A stretch of 32,277 nucleotides of DNA from an uncultured Candidatus Saccharibacteria bacterium (lineage in GTDB: Bacteria; Patescibacteriota; Minisyncoccia; CAYVXU01), in NCBI GenBank assembly GCA_964454705.1, contig CAYVXU010000009.1:1-32277 (forward strand), read 5' to 3'. The translations under genes were made by a program, and so were the position numbers. Each line of letters starts with the position of its first letter. Position 1 is the stretch's first letter. The notes under the pieces are model-generated. The model did no database searches. It worked only from the letters and a program-made list of their open reading frames with translations, and was not told where the DNA came from. Shown here piece by piece: positions 22,304 to 31,272 of the stretch.

Positions 22304-24105
22304 GCGAGCGGCAATGTAAATCGCATCACAGTTCCCTTACCCTCCTTTGACTCTGCGGTGATTGACCCGCCCATACGTTCAATAAGCTGCCTCACAATAA
22401 AGAGGCCTAGGCCCGTGCCGGATATTTTTCGCTCAATTGCGCCGGGCGCGCGATAAAACTTCTCGAATAATTTTTTCATCTCTTCTGGTTTTATGCCGAT
22501 ACCGGTATCTTCTATCTCGGTTATGAGACTTCTTCTTTGCGTGCGATGCCGGATCGACACCCTCCCTCCTTCTTTGTTGTACTTAATTGCATTGCCGATT
22601 AAATTCACCAGCACCTCCCGGAGACGGTCCTGGTCGGCAAGGATGCGCGGCACACCTTCTACTTTTTCGTACTGAATATGTACCTTCGATTTATCCGCAA
22701 GCGGGGCGAGCGACTGTATCACCTCCTCTACCGCTCGCGTTATCTGCAGTGGCGCAACCTTAAATTCAAGCCTGCCCGCCTGCGACCGGGCAATATTGAG
22801 AAGATCATCTACAAGCGATACCAGCTGTTCATTCGACTGCTGTACTCTCTGAAGAAAATGCCGCTGTTGTGCGGTGAGCGACCCCCCTTCGAGTAAGAGG
22901 GAAATAAAACCCTTTATTGCGGTAACCGGCGTCCGAAGTTCGTGCGCGGCAACGAATGCAAATTCATCTTTGAGTTCAATGAGTTCTTGTACGCTTCGCG
23001 CCATCGAATTAAATGCAATGCCAAGCGCTTCGAGTTCGTCGCCGCTTTGGATATTGATAGGATGGTCAAACTTTCCCTCCGCTACGTGCGCAGTTTCAAA
23101 CTCCAGCTGCTGGATGGGGCGTACCACATGCCTCCCCAGGCGTATGGCAAGCAAAAGAGAAAGCGCGAGCACCGCAATTCCAATCACGGCGAATTGGCCT
23201 GAAAGGGTGCGGACAATGGCCTCTGCTTCTTCCACTGGCCATTCCACTACCAGCGCGGCGTTGAGAAGCGGCGAGCACTCGGTACTGCCGATTACGATAC
23301 CGCGGTCTTCACTTTCATAGCGGCCCTGGTACGGGCGGCATGCAAACGCTTCTCCTTCTGCGCGATATCCCGAAAAAGGAAACCCCGCAGGGCGGCCCAC
23401 GCGTGAGGGATCGAGCGAATGGGCAACGATGGTCCCGCGCTGATCCACGGCATACATATATCCCGTCTCCTGAAGCTGGGGTCCTTTTTCGATGATAGAA
23501 AGAATTTCTTTAAGAGAGATATACCCGACAAATGCCCCGATATATTGTTCTTCGGCGTTCGTGACCGGAGCGGCAACTTCGAGCGCGGGGCCGTCAAGGG
23601 TAAAAATGGTATTGCCGTGCGCGCGCGCGCCCGCAAGCGCCTTTGCCACCAGCGGATCCTCGCGCCAGTCGAAGAAGATACGCGGCTCTGCAGCGGGGTC
23701 AAAGCGGTCAATACGCGCGGTCTCGCGCCCAAGATGGTTTACGTAACGCAGGGAAATAAATGCCTTGTTTTTGAGGATTGCCTGGATGAGCTCCTGCACC
23801 TCGCGCCGTTCAATATCCTGCCTTCCTTTAATAGGCACCTGGACCTCAAGGGCACCCACCACCTCTTCGAGATGCCGCGCAATTTCGGCGCTGCGGAGCC
23901 GTATGAGCTGCTGCTCAAGCACGTCAACATTTCTGCGGTTCGTCCGGTTAATGATAGTAATGCCGCTTACCCCTACTATCACGAACGGCAAAACTACCGC
24001 AAAGAAAAACGTGCGGATGAAGCGGTTGCGCAGTTTTCTCTTAGGCCTTGTGCCTAGCTTATTGGGCGCGGATAGGGGCGCCGGTTGTGTAGAAGTCGCG
24101 CTCAC
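22297..24105 (-). CDS. Sensor histidine kinase (periplasmic Cache-like domain, HAMP, HisKA, HATPase_c)
   Basis: Two TM segments flank a ~270-aa extracytoplasmic domain. HAMP region, H-box AAHELRTPVTAIKG, N-box NLIGNAIKYN, G-boxes DTGIGI and GTGLGL. The start is GTG. Confidence 0.9.
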   Translation of the reverse strand: MSATSTQPAPLSAPNKLGTRPKRKLRNRFIRTFFFAVVLPFVIVGVSGITIINRTNRRNVDVLEQQLIRLRSAEIARHLEEVVGALEVQVPIKGRQDIERREVQELIQAILKNKAFISLRYVNHLGRETARIDRFDPAAEPRIFFDWREDPLVAKALAGARAHGNTIFTLDGPALEVAAPVTNAEEQYIGAFVGYISLKEILSIIEKGPQLQETGYMYAVDQRGTIVAHSLDPSRVGRPAGFPFSGYRAEGEAFACRPYQGRYESEDRGIVIGSTECSPLLNAALVVEWPVEEAEAIVRTLSGQFAVIGIAVLALSLLLAIRLGRHVVRPIQQLEFETAHVAEGKFDHPINIQSGDELEALGIAFNSMARSVQELIELKDEFAFVAAHELRTPVTAIKGFISLLLEGGSLTAQQRHFLQRVQQSNEQLVSLVDDLLNIARSQAGRLEFKVAPLQITRAVEEVIQSLAPLADKSKVHIQYEKVEGVPRILADQDRLREVLVNLIGNAIKYNKEGGRVSIRHRTQRRSLITEIEDTGIGIKPEEMKKLFEKFYRAPGAIERKISGTGLGLFIVRQLIERMGGSITAESKEGKGTVMRFTLPLAP

Positions 24106-26773
24106 GCGGGCTTACGGTAAAAATTTGCTGCCATACGCGTCCGGAGGCGACAAATTGCGAGGGGGTGAGATCGAGCCAGTGTTTGACGGCTACCCCGCGA
24201 CGTTCGTCAATCTCCTCCAATTCATATACCTTTTTATCTCCTGCGGCGCGGTAGAGATCCGACGTGCGGAAACGATTCGCGTCTGCCGCTGAAACCGTTT
24301 TTACATTCTCCCATTTGAGATGCCGATAAAGCCGGAATACTGCCGGGTTAAAGATATGCCGCCGATAGGTACCCTTGATAATATATACGCGGTGGTCACC
24401 AATTGCGCGGATGATATCGCCGTTTTTGAGCTTTTCGTAGGCAGTGATTCCTTCCTGCGGCGCCGGGGTCGCCGGCGGTGTGTCGGAGGGAGGTTCGGCC
24501 GCGATTGCAACACTTGCCGTCACCAGCGCAAAGCGCGTGAGGTGGTCAACGCGCACAATCACTACGTTCTTTTCTTTATCGAGCGTGAAGTCGTTTACCT
24601 TTATCCATGTATCCGTTGCCTCATCGTAGTAGCTCGGAATAAGCTCCTCTTCGCTCACTCCTTTTTTCTTGAGGTCCTCATCAGAGTACGGCAGGTGGAT
24701 CTCTGCCTTTTGCTGCAGCTGGGTAATAACCTTTCCTGTACTGTCTTTAATAGTAATATCGTACACGGTGGTCACTACGCTTGCCCCTGCTACTGACGGC
24801 GCTTCAATCGTAGGAGCCATAGAAACCTCCACGGTGCCGGAGGAAGCCGCACCTTGCGGAGGAAGTGCTATTTTCGCGCCATCGGCGGTTTGCGTAATAA
24901 CCTGCTCCTGCGCAGATTTCGTTGCACTCACCGCATCGGGCAGCGATTCACCTTGGCGGCTAAGTATAAGCGCTACAGACTGGGGGGAAGTATCTCCCAC
25001 GTTGATTTTTGTTCCATACGCGCGATAGGGCGCATCAAGATACACTTTTTCTGCCCCGATGTGCCAGCGCTCGCCTTTGCGCAGCATGAGCGTGAATGCG
25101 CCATCCCCGCTTGCGCGTGTTTGCGCAGAGCCGCCTTTCTCTGACCATACCCAGATAAGCGCATCTACCGCAGTCCCGTTCGACAGCTTTGCGGTTCCCC
25201 TTACCTCTGCTGTATTGGCTGCTTCCTGCGTGCCAAAGGCAAGGTTGATATCAGTACGCGCGCCACCAGTGAGTTCCACTTTCACCTCTAGGGGGTTTAT
25301 ATAACCGCTCTCAAGAGAGAGGAAGCCGCGTACGTAGTACACTCCGCCTTTGAGACGAAACTCCGCCCACCCATCTGAATTTGTTTTTGCAAATTGAATA
25401 TCGCGCGGCGTAATACCCTCCCGCTCTTCCGCAAGACTTGTTGCCGCCACTACAATTCCCGCGCCGCCGAGAGCAGCCCCTTTGGAGTCGCGCGCGAATA
25501 CACGAAGCTGTGCATTACGCGCCTCCTCGCGGGTAATCGTGAAGGTCGCATCACGCGTCTCGCTTTCATCGGTAAAGGCAAACGATACCTTCTTCGCAAT
25601 ATTGTCCCATTTCCATGTCGCGGCAGCTTCATTGAGCGGATGTATTCCTACCTCCCACTCGCCCGGCCCTACGGTAAGCGAGTACCCCCCATTGCCATCT
25701 ACTTTCGTGCTTATCCATTGCTGGCTTCCGCGTGAGTACGCGCCCACCTCTGCATCGGTAATTGCCGCACCGTCAGAAAACACGACGCGGCCGGTGATTA
25801 CTTTTTTCCCGGCACGAAATGCCAAGGTAATATCTTTTGTCTCGCTTCCGCCTAATGTAACTGTCTGTGGCTGCGGGCGAAATAGATTTTTCGCTCCCGC
25901 GGGCGGATACGCCTCTACGATATAGGTATCCGCGCTCAATGCGAGCGTAAATGCTCCCGCTGCGTCTGAAACAGCATTGCCAAAGGCGCGGTAGTCGCTT
26001 GAGCGCGCATATATATAGGCTCCTGCAAGCGCCGCACCCTCTGCGTCTTTCACCGTGCCCTTCAGAGTTGCAGAAGGCCGTGGAGTAGCGAGAGGTGAAG
26101 AAGTAGGCACAAATGTTGGTGTGGGGAACGCGCTCGGCGTGGGATACACACCCGGAGTCGCCGTGGGACTCGCGGTAGAAACGGTCGTCGGGGTAGGGAA
26201 GGCGCTTGCTATGGGAGAGACGCTCGAAGTCGGCGACGGACTGGGGGAGGGAAACGGAGAAACAGAGGACAGTTGTGAAGGAGTAATGCTATCGGATGTG
26301 TATTCAGCTTCCATTTTGTTGGTGGCGAGATCCCGGATATCTTTTATCACGAGCCGGTATGAAAGCGTAGAACCTACCACCGAAGTGTTATAAACCGTCA
26401 TTCCTGCCGGGTATTTCTCGATAGTCACCTCATCAATTTTAAGCCCATCGTTTGCACGCTTGAGATAGATATTCGCGTTCGTCAGCGTTGACTGATCTAC
26501 CATCTCGGAAAACGCCACATCCATTTTTATACGGCCGTCTCCGGTGAGGAATATACTAAAGTGGGTGACCACCGGAAATGAACCATCGGCAGTAGGTGAC
26601 GGGCTTGGAGAGGGATAGGGCGAGGGAGACGGATAGGGCGAAGGCGTATATACAGGAGAATACGAGGGAAGTGGGTACGTCCCGATGTGTGTTTCGGCAA
26701 GCGCATACGAGAGTACAAAAAGAAATACCGGCACCGCCAGTATAAAGTAGAGCTGCAAGCGATGAATGCGCAT
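24059..26773 (-). CDS. Large surface protein with PT-rich linkers, CarboxypepD_reg-like repeats and C-terminal ~50-aa repeats
   Basis: Signal peptide from ATG 26773 (MRIHRLQLYFILAVPVFLFVLSYALA). Several LKGTVKDAEGAALAGAYIY-type beta-sandwich modules. The last 121 aa resemble the N-terminal repeats of the 10374 protein. Confidence 0.85.
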   Translation of the reverse strand: MRIHRLQLYFILAVPVFLFVLSYALAETHIGTYPLPSYSPVYTPSPYPSPSPYPSPSPSPTADGSFPVVTHFSIFLTGDGRIKMDVAFSEMVDQSTLTNANIYLKRANDGLKIDEVTIEKYPAGMTVYNTSVVGSTLSYRLVIKDIRDLATNKMEAEYTSDSITPSQLSSVSPFPSPSPSPTSSVSPIASAFPTPTTVSTASPTATPGVYPTPSAFPTPTFVPTSSPLATPRPSATLKGTVKDAEGAALAGAYIYARSSDYRAFGNAVSDAAGAFTLALSADTYIVEAYPPAGAKNLFRPQPQTVTLGGSETKDITLAFRAGKKVITGRVVFSDGAAITDAEVGAYSRGSQQWISTKVDGNGGYSLTVGPGEWEVGIHPLNEAAATWKWDNIAKKVSFAFTDESETRDATFTITREEARNAQLRVFARDSKGAALGGAGIVVAATSLAEEREGITPRDIQFAKTNSDGWAEFRLKGGVYYVRGFLSLESGYINPLEVKVELTGGARTDINLAFGTQEAANTAEVRGTAKLSNGTAVDALIWVWSEKGGSAQTRASGDGAFTLMLRKGERWHIGAEKVYLDAPYRAYGTKINVGDTSPQSVALILSRQGESLPDAVSATKSAQEQVITQTADGAKIALPPQGAASSGTVEVSMAPTIEAPSVAGASVVTTVYDITIKDSTGKVITQLQQKAEIHLPYSDEDLKKKGVSEEELIPSYYDEATDTWIKVNDFTLDKEKNVVIVRVDHLTRFALVTASVAIAAEPPSDTPPATPAPQEGITAYEKLKNGDIIRAIGDHRVYIIKGTYRRHIFNPAVFRLYRHLKWENVKTVSAADANRFRTSDLYRAAGDKKVYELEEIDERRGVAVKHWLDLTPSQFVASGRVWQQIFTVSPRERDFYTTGAPIRAQ

Positions 26774-26804
26774 AGATGGTAGCACTATATAATAATGTAT
26801 GTAT

Positions 26805-26813
26805 ATTATACCA
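26805..26813 (-). promoter_or_regulatory. Extended -10 promoter for the 26773 gene
   Basis: Minus strand TGGTATAAT (perfect extended -10), 31 nt upstream of ATG 26773. It lies inside the N-terminal extension of the track ORF. Confidence 0.6.
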
Positions 26814-26864
26814 CATGCGATCATCAATTAATATTTTTCCTGTGGATATACAGGAGAAAAGGAA

Positions 26865-26894
26865 AGAGCGCCTGAAGTATGGTTCAGACGCTCT
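26865..26894 (-). terminator. Terminator-like hairpin after the 26901 gene
   Basis: 12-bp stem AGAGCGCCTGAA / TTCAGACGCTCT (one mismatch), loop GTATGG, followed on the minus strand by TTTCCTTTTCTCC. Confidence 0.55.
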
Positions 26895-26900
26895 CGATGG

Positions 26901-27344
26901 TCAGTGGATCGATTCGATGGTGGAGAGGTACATGCCCGTCGCGTGATCCAACCGGTTGTGATAACGGAAGGTGTACGCAGGCATTTGCTCTACCGTAACA
27001 GTCACCCGCTTTGGCCACCAGCCTCCATCTTCACGGAGGTGGCAGAGCTCGCACACGCTCCGTATTCTCTGATTGCGATAGTGGGCTGCAGACGTAGCAG
27101 GGGGTGAGACATACGTGATCATCGCCTCGATATGCACCGTCCGCACAAGCCTCTCTTCCGGGTGAGTGTGCGCTTTCTTGCGCTCGATAACCGGGTGTAC
27201 CTCCACGTCGGCGCTCACAAACCTGAAGCGGCTCTCCAACACTTTCGCAAGCGCCTCGCGCGTCATCTCGAGCGGAAGCATGACTGCGTTCTTTGGCAGT
27301 ATGTGCTTCTGGATGCCTCCCTGCCGTTCTGTGTACTTTCCCAT
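26901..27344 (-). CDS. Hypothetical protein (147 aa)
   Basis: Clean ORF. The SD GGAGGAA lies 5 nt upstream of the second ATG (27344). I recognised no domain. Confidence 0.6.
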   Translation of the reverse strand: MGKYTERQGGIQKHILPKNAVMLPLEMTREALAKVLESRFRFVSADVEVHPVIERKKAHTHPEERLVRTVHIEAMITYVSPPATSAAHYRNQRIRSVCELCHLREDGGWWPKRVTVTVEQMPAYTFRYHNRLDHATGMYLSTIESIH

Positions 27345-27448
27345 CATTTCCTCCGCGCTGGTGTAAGCTGCTTCCCGGCAGCGATCTAAGGATTATATGT
27401 GTAACCCTTACATCGCTACCAAGAAGTAATACGAGAACAACGAGTGAA

Positions 27449-27479
27449 GAGGGGCTTATGCATATTTGCAAAGCCCCTC
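27449..27479 (-). terminator. Terminator-like hairpin after the 27502 gene
   Basis: 9-bp perfect stem GAGGGGCTT / AAGCCCCTC with a 13-nt loop. The trailing U-tract is weak. Confidence 0.45.
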
Positions 27480-27501
27480 CTAGAAGATGGCGAGTTGCCT
27501 C

Positions 27502-27780
27502 TTACTTTCCCGATACCTGCGACATTGCTGATCGAACGTGCCGGCACACTGTATCCAACGCATCCCTTACCCCCATATCCTGTTTGGAAAGATCATGGCC
27601 GATGAGTCGCAGCAACTCGTAGTCGACTCTCCTCTGCTTAAGCGCAGTGAGGAAAGTGTCAACTGCCTCTGCCCGAATCTTGCGCTGGTAAATCAGCGAA
27701 AAAATCGGCACAAGTACTGGCACCAGTTCGGGAGGACAGCCATCAACGGGAATCATCTTCTGTGCGCATGCGCTCGCCAT
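27502..27780 (-). CDS. Hypothetical small protein (92 aa)
   Basis: A strong SD (AAGGAGGTGA) lies 4-5 nt upstream of ATG 27780. I recognised no domain. Confidence 0.6.
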   Translation of the reverse strand: MASACAQKMIPVDGCPPELVPVLVPIFSLIYQRKIRAEAVDTFLTALKQRRVDYELLRLIGHDLSKQDMGVRDALDTVCRHVRSAMSQVSGK

Positions 27781-27875
27781 TTTTCACCTCCTTTCTGCTG
27801 TAAAGGTACTCCGGCTATACACGAGTCTACTCTACTTTCCCGGGCCCCGCAAGGGTGGACAAGTCCGAAATTTGC

Positions 27876-29189
27876 TTACGGTTCAAGCCGCTTCACGCCG
27901 CGGTAGAGCAGGCTTGCTTCACGGATGTTTTCGAGTCCTAAGAGCCGCATGAGCATGCGGTTTGGCCCCATGCCATAGCCGCCGTGCGGCGGACAGCCGT
28001 AGCGGAAAAAGTTGAGATAAAATTGGATTGAATCTTGATTCACTCCCTTCTCCTTTGCCTGCGCGAGAAGCACTTCATAGCGATGCTCACGCTGGGCGCC
28101 CGTAGTGACCTCAAGTCCGCCCCACAAAAGATCAAAGCTCTTGGTAAGGGTGAGGTTCTTTTCATCACGCATGTGGTAGAACGGCCGCACGGTAGCGGGG
28201 TAGTCGGTGATGAATACAAACTCATGGTGCGCGGACTCCTGTATGTGGTCACAAATCTTCTTCTCTTCTTCCGGTGAGAGATCCCCTTCCCGCTCACTCT
28301 GCACTCCCATGCCCGTGAGTATCTCCTTTGCTTCCTGCATCGTGAGCTTCGGGAAGGGAAGCGCAGGCACAGTTATCTCTCTCCCGAACACCCTCTGTAT
28401 CTCTCCGCCATATACCTCTTTTACCTTTTCCACCGCATGCGCGATGAGTTTTTCCTCTTCCTCTATGACGTCATGATGCGATTGAATATATGAAATTTCC
28501 GCGTCGTAGCCGGTAAACTCCGTGGCGTGGCGCGCGGTAAATGAAGGTTCAGCCCGGAACACGGGCCCCACTTCAAAGACCTTTTCAAAACCAGCCGCCA
28601 TCGCCATCTGCTTATAAAACTGGGGTGATTGCGCGAGATACGCCTTGCGCTCAAAATATTTTACCTCAAAGACATCTGCGCCCGATTCGCTCGCCGTGGC
28701 AATCAACTTTGGCGAGTGAATTTCGAGGTAGTTATTGCGAAGCCAGTACTCCCTGCACGCGGCTTCAAAGAGTGTCCACACCTTAAAGACAAGGAGGTGC
28801 TTTGGTTTGCGTAGATCAATCCAGCGCCAGTCAAGCCGCTTCTGAAGCTCCGCCTCTTCACTCCCTTTATCCACCACAGGGATGGGAAGTTCCGGCTCTG
28901 CGTGGGAAAGTACGGTGATATGCTCCACGGCAATCTCAATCCCGCCCGGCGCCTGCGCCTCCTCCTTTGCAAGCCCTTCGATGTGTACGACCGATTCAAG
29001 GCTCAGCGACTGTGCGATAGTCATTGCCTCTGCGCGCGCTTTCGTGACCACCACCTGAATGGTGCCGGAGATATCGCGAATAATGAGAAACTTTATGCTC
29101 CCCTGATCGCGGATTGCGTGCACAAAGCCGGCGATTACTACACGCTCCTCTGCTTTCTCTTTTACCTCACGAATAAAAATTCGTTTCAT
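27876..29189 (-). CDS. aspS: Aspartyl-tRNA synthetase, archaeal/eukaryal-type (class IIb, ~437 aa)
   Basis: N-terminal OB anticodon-binding domain, LAQSPQFYKQ, motif 2 GPVFRAE, motif 3 GYGMGPNRMLM, and the C-terminal RLEP ending typical of short AspRS. Confidence 0.9.
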   Translation of the reverse strand: MKRIFIREVKEKAEERVVIAGFVHAIRDQGSIKFLIIRDISGTIQVVVTKARAEAMTIAQSLSLESVVHIEGLAKEEAQAPGGIEIAVEHITVLSHAEPELPIPVVDKGSEEAELQKRLDWRWIDLRKPKHLLVFKVWTLFEAACREYWLRNNYLEIHSPKLIATASESGADVFEVKYFERKAYLAQSPQFYKQMAMAAGFEKVFEVGPVFRAEPSFTARHATEFTGYDAEISYIQSHHDVIEEEEKLIAHAVEKVKEVYGGEIQRVFGREITVPALPFPKLTMQEAKEILTGMGVQSEREGDLSPEEEKKICDHIQESAHHEFVFITDYPATVRPFYHMRDEKNLTLTKSFDLLWGGLEVTTGAQREHRYEVLLAQAKEKGVNQDSIQFYLNFFRYGCPPHGGYGMGPNRMLMRLLGLENIREASLLYRGVKRLEP

Positions 29190-29253
29190 AGTGTCCGGCT
29201 AAAGAAGTGTTTTCTCTCCTATTGTTGCAGTGAATCAAATTCTGCGCAAGATT

Positions 29254-29294
29254 AAAAAATGGAAAAGGCGCACAAACCCGTAGGTCGTGCGCCT
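29254..29294 (-). terminator. Intrinsic terminator after the 29311 gene
   Basis: 8-bp perfect stem AGGCGCAC / GTGCGCCT (29266-29273, 29287-29294), followed on the minus strand by TTTTCCATTTTTT. Confidence 0.75.
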
Positions 29295-29310
29295 CATTTG
29301 TTTGAAAACG

Positions 29311-29667
29311 TTACTGTGGTTTGACCGTGCCTCCGCTCGTGTGAGCGTTGCCGCACTTTTGACAAGGACCGGGACCGTTCATATTGTATGTCATCCGATC
29401 GAAGTGGTCGATGCGGGAGCCGTCCGGCATCTCCCAGTACCAGCAGTTTGGGTCACATTCGGTCACGAAATTGATGTGCGTGCCGTCTCGTCGAGCCAAG
29501 GTGACTTCGCTCGGAATGAATCGTGCTCCTCTGCTCAAGTCCTCCGCATCACTGCGAGGAAATGAATGGCCGCAGTCATCATCTCCACCCCTTCTTCCTC
29601 CGAGCGCATTAGCGAGAAAGCCGAATATGGCAAGCTCGCTCATGTGTGAGTATCGTTCGTTGCCCAT
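29311..29667 (-). CDS. Hypothetical small Cys-containing protein (118 aa)
   Basis: The SD AAAGGAGAG lies 5 nt upstream of ATG 29667. It has a hydrophobic N-terminus (ELAIFGFLANALGG) and motifs CDPNCWYW and CQKC in the C-terminal half. The track start 29730 is unlikely. Confidence 0.6.
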   Translation of the reverse strand: MGNERYSHMSELAIFGFLANALGGRRGGDDDCGHSFPRSDAEDLSRGARFIPSEVTLARRDGTHINFVTECDPNCWYWEMPDGSRIDHFDRMTYNMNGPGPCQKCGNAHTSGGTVKPQ

Positions 29668-30271
29668 AGTTTCTCTCCTTTCCCCTACTCCATTGCCCTC
29701 GCTGCTGGGTAACGCGGTAGGCGTCCACAATGAATACGAGTGACGCTAGTTGCTGGAGAAAAAGCCACGGATAACTCTGAATCCACATGAGCCATCCACA
29801 GCTTACATGCATAAGCACATACCATAGATACCCGCTTGCACGTTCCTTCGCAAGAAGATACGTCCCCACGAGAAATCCGAGCACAAGCCCGATCTCAAGC
29901 CACTGATTTGGGGTGGTTAGCCCGCCGAAATCATAGAGGCTGTATGCGAAGCCTGCCGGGATACAGACGAGCGCAAGCCGGTCGAGCCAGCGCGGCGGAT
30001 TAGCGGTAGTGCCGCGCAGCGCGGTAACAAGCCCAAGCAGCATTGCGGGGGCACCGCTCGCCTCTACAGAAGCCGCAATCCAGTCGCGCCAGCTCACAAA
30101 GATGATTACCCACGGCGGAAGGCCGCAAAGGTATACTGCCCACGAGGCAATACGCCACCTTCGCGCAGCCGCCGCGTATCCGCGATTCCGCGCATGCTCT
30201 GAAAATGAAAGAAAGATCTTATTGAGGAGGTAAAATCCTCCTCCAAGCCACTGCAGTACTTCGTGCTGCAA
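29609..30271 (-). CDS. Polytopic membrane protein (weak resemblance to PnuC-type transporters)
   Basis: 220 aa with about 6-7 TM helices. TTG start preceded by the SD AGAGGTGA. The LLAKE...GWLMW pattern is reminiscent of PnuC, but the functional call is low-confidence. Confidence 0.65.
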   Translation of the reverse strand: MQHEVLQWLGGGFYLLNKIFLSFSEHARNRGYAAAARRWRIASWAVYLCGLPPWVIIFVSWRDWIAASVEASGAPAMLLGLVTALRGTTANPPRWLDRLALVCIPAGFAYSLYDFGGLTTPNQWLEIGLVLGFLVGTYLLAKERASGYLWYVLMHVSCGWLMWIQSYPWLFLQQLASLVFIVDAYRVTQQRGQWSRGKERNYGQRTILTHERACHIRLSR

Positions 30272-30318
30272 GGGTCACCTCTTCTTAGTTTGTTAAGGTT
30301 CTTTAATCAAGTGAGTAT

Positions 30319-30347
30319 ATATTAGAACAAAGTTTTATTTATGTCAA
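30319..30347 (-). promoter_or_regulatory. Sigma70 consensus promoter for the 30271 gene
   Basis: Minus strand TTGACA (30342-30347), 17-nt spacer, TAATAT (30319-30324). Confidence 0.7.
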
Positions 30348-30500
30348 ATCGTACCGCCGTTGTGTTTTCAAAGATCTAACGTGTTACTAACCCGATGATA
30401 TGTGCCAATAAAGCTCTTGCCAAATAGTGCGATATACAATACACTGTTGGTTGCTCGGAGAAGCCCTTCCACCAGGAGATTGGACGCGGGGGTCAGTGCA

Positions 30501-30523
30501 CGGATTTTGCAAAGCAAAATCCG
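30501..30523 (-). other. Perfect 10-bp hairpin downstream of tRNA-Leu
   Basis: CGGATTTTGC-AAA-GCAAAATCCG with no U-tract. Possibly a processing or termination signal. Confidence 0.4.
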
Positions 30524-30558
30524 CTCCTCTTTCCTAATCCTGAAAATGTCTCTACTTG

Positions 30559-30643
30559 TGCGCAGGGGGGGATTCGAACCCCCACGGCCTTGCGGCCACC
30601 AGCCCCTCAAGCTGGCGTGTCTACCGGGTTTCACCACCCGCGC
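30559..30643 (-). tRNA. tRNA-Leu (anticodon GAG)
   Basis: 85 nt. Acceptor GCGCGGG / CCCTGCGC, anticodon stem CCAGC/GCTGG with loop TTGAGGG, a long variable arm (GGCCGCAAGGCC) and the T-loop GGTTCGAATCC. No CCA is encoded. Confidence 0.9.
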
Positions 30644-30657
30644 GTAATGTAATACCT

Positions 30658-30686
30658 ACTATACCCAAAGCTTTCTCAATTTTCAA
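30658..30686 (-). promoter_or_regulatory. Sigma70-like promoter for tRNA-Leu
   Basis: Minus strand TTGAAA (30681-30686), 17-nt spacer, TATAGT (30658-30663), 14 nt upstream of the tRNA 5' end. Confidence 0.65.
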
Positions 30687-30709
30687 TCTTTTTTACAACC
30701 CAACCTGAA

Positions 30710-30745
30710 TTAAACATTAAAACGCGATCGCATTGTAATGTTTAA
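30710..30745 (-). terminator. Second hairpin downstream of rplS
   Basis: 10-bp perfect stem TTAAACATTA / TAATGTTTAA with a 16-nt loop. Confidence 0.4.
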
Positions 30746-30760
30746 AGTAATTTATGTAAT

Positions 30761-30789
30761 GAATAATCCAGCTTTGTGCTGGATTATTC
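30761..30789 (-). terminator. Hairpin overlapping the rplS stop codon
   Basis: 12-bp perfect stem GAATAATCCAGC / GCTGGATTATTC, loop TTTGT, followed on the minus strand by an A/U-rich tract. Confidence 0.55.
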
Positions 30790-31269
30790 CTCTTTCTTCT
30801 CTTCTGGCGCCTCTTCTTTCGGTTCTTTCTGCTCGGTTTCTGCTTCTTGCGGTAACGCTTCAGCTGCGGGTTCAGTTTCAGACGTGACTTCTTCTTTGGG
30901 CTCTTCGTAGACGATCGCCTCGAATTGTCTCGCCTTCATGCGGGCCTTCTTGCCGCGAAGACCTCGCAGATAATACAGTTTTGCCCGGCGCACCTTCGCG
31001 CGGCGCATGATCTCAATTTTCTCGATATTCGGAGAGTGTAAGGGAAAAACCCGCTCCACACCCACGTTAAAAGAGATCTTGCGGACCATGATGGTTCCGC
31101 TCAATCCCCTTCCATGCTTATGCGCGATTACCACACCTTCAAAGATCTGGCTCCGAGTTTTATCACCCTCCTTAATCTTCTGATGTACGCGAACCGTATC
31201 CCCCGGTTTGACATCGGGGAGTTTTCGCGTGGCGTGTTTCTCGGTAAATTGTGTGAGCACGTTTGACAT
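30784..31269 (-). CDS. rplS: 50S ribosomal protein L19 with an acidic C-terminal extension
   Basis: [33 protein letters not shown] is the L19 core. The first ATG is 31269; the track start 31311 is a TTG inside the upstream repeat. Confidence 0.95.
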   Translation of the reverse strand: MSNVLTQFTEKHATRKLPDVKPGDTVRVHQKIKEGDKTRSQIFEGVVIAHKHGRGLSGTIMVRKISFNVGVERVFPLHSPNIEKIEIMRRAKVRRAKLYYLRGLRGKKARMKARQFEAIVYEEPKEEVTSETEPAAEALPQEAETEQKEPKEEAPEEKKEE

Positions 31270-31272
31270 GTA

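Noticed and set aside
30368-30647. ORFs 30368..30637 (-) and 30402..30647 (+).
   Set aside because: Both run through the tRNA-Leu gene (30559-30643) and have no coding signature.
30724-30731. GCGATCGC (HIP1-like octamer) in the loop of a hairpin.
   Set aside because: I noticed only this one occurrence in the window, so there is no evidence of an iterated palindrome family.
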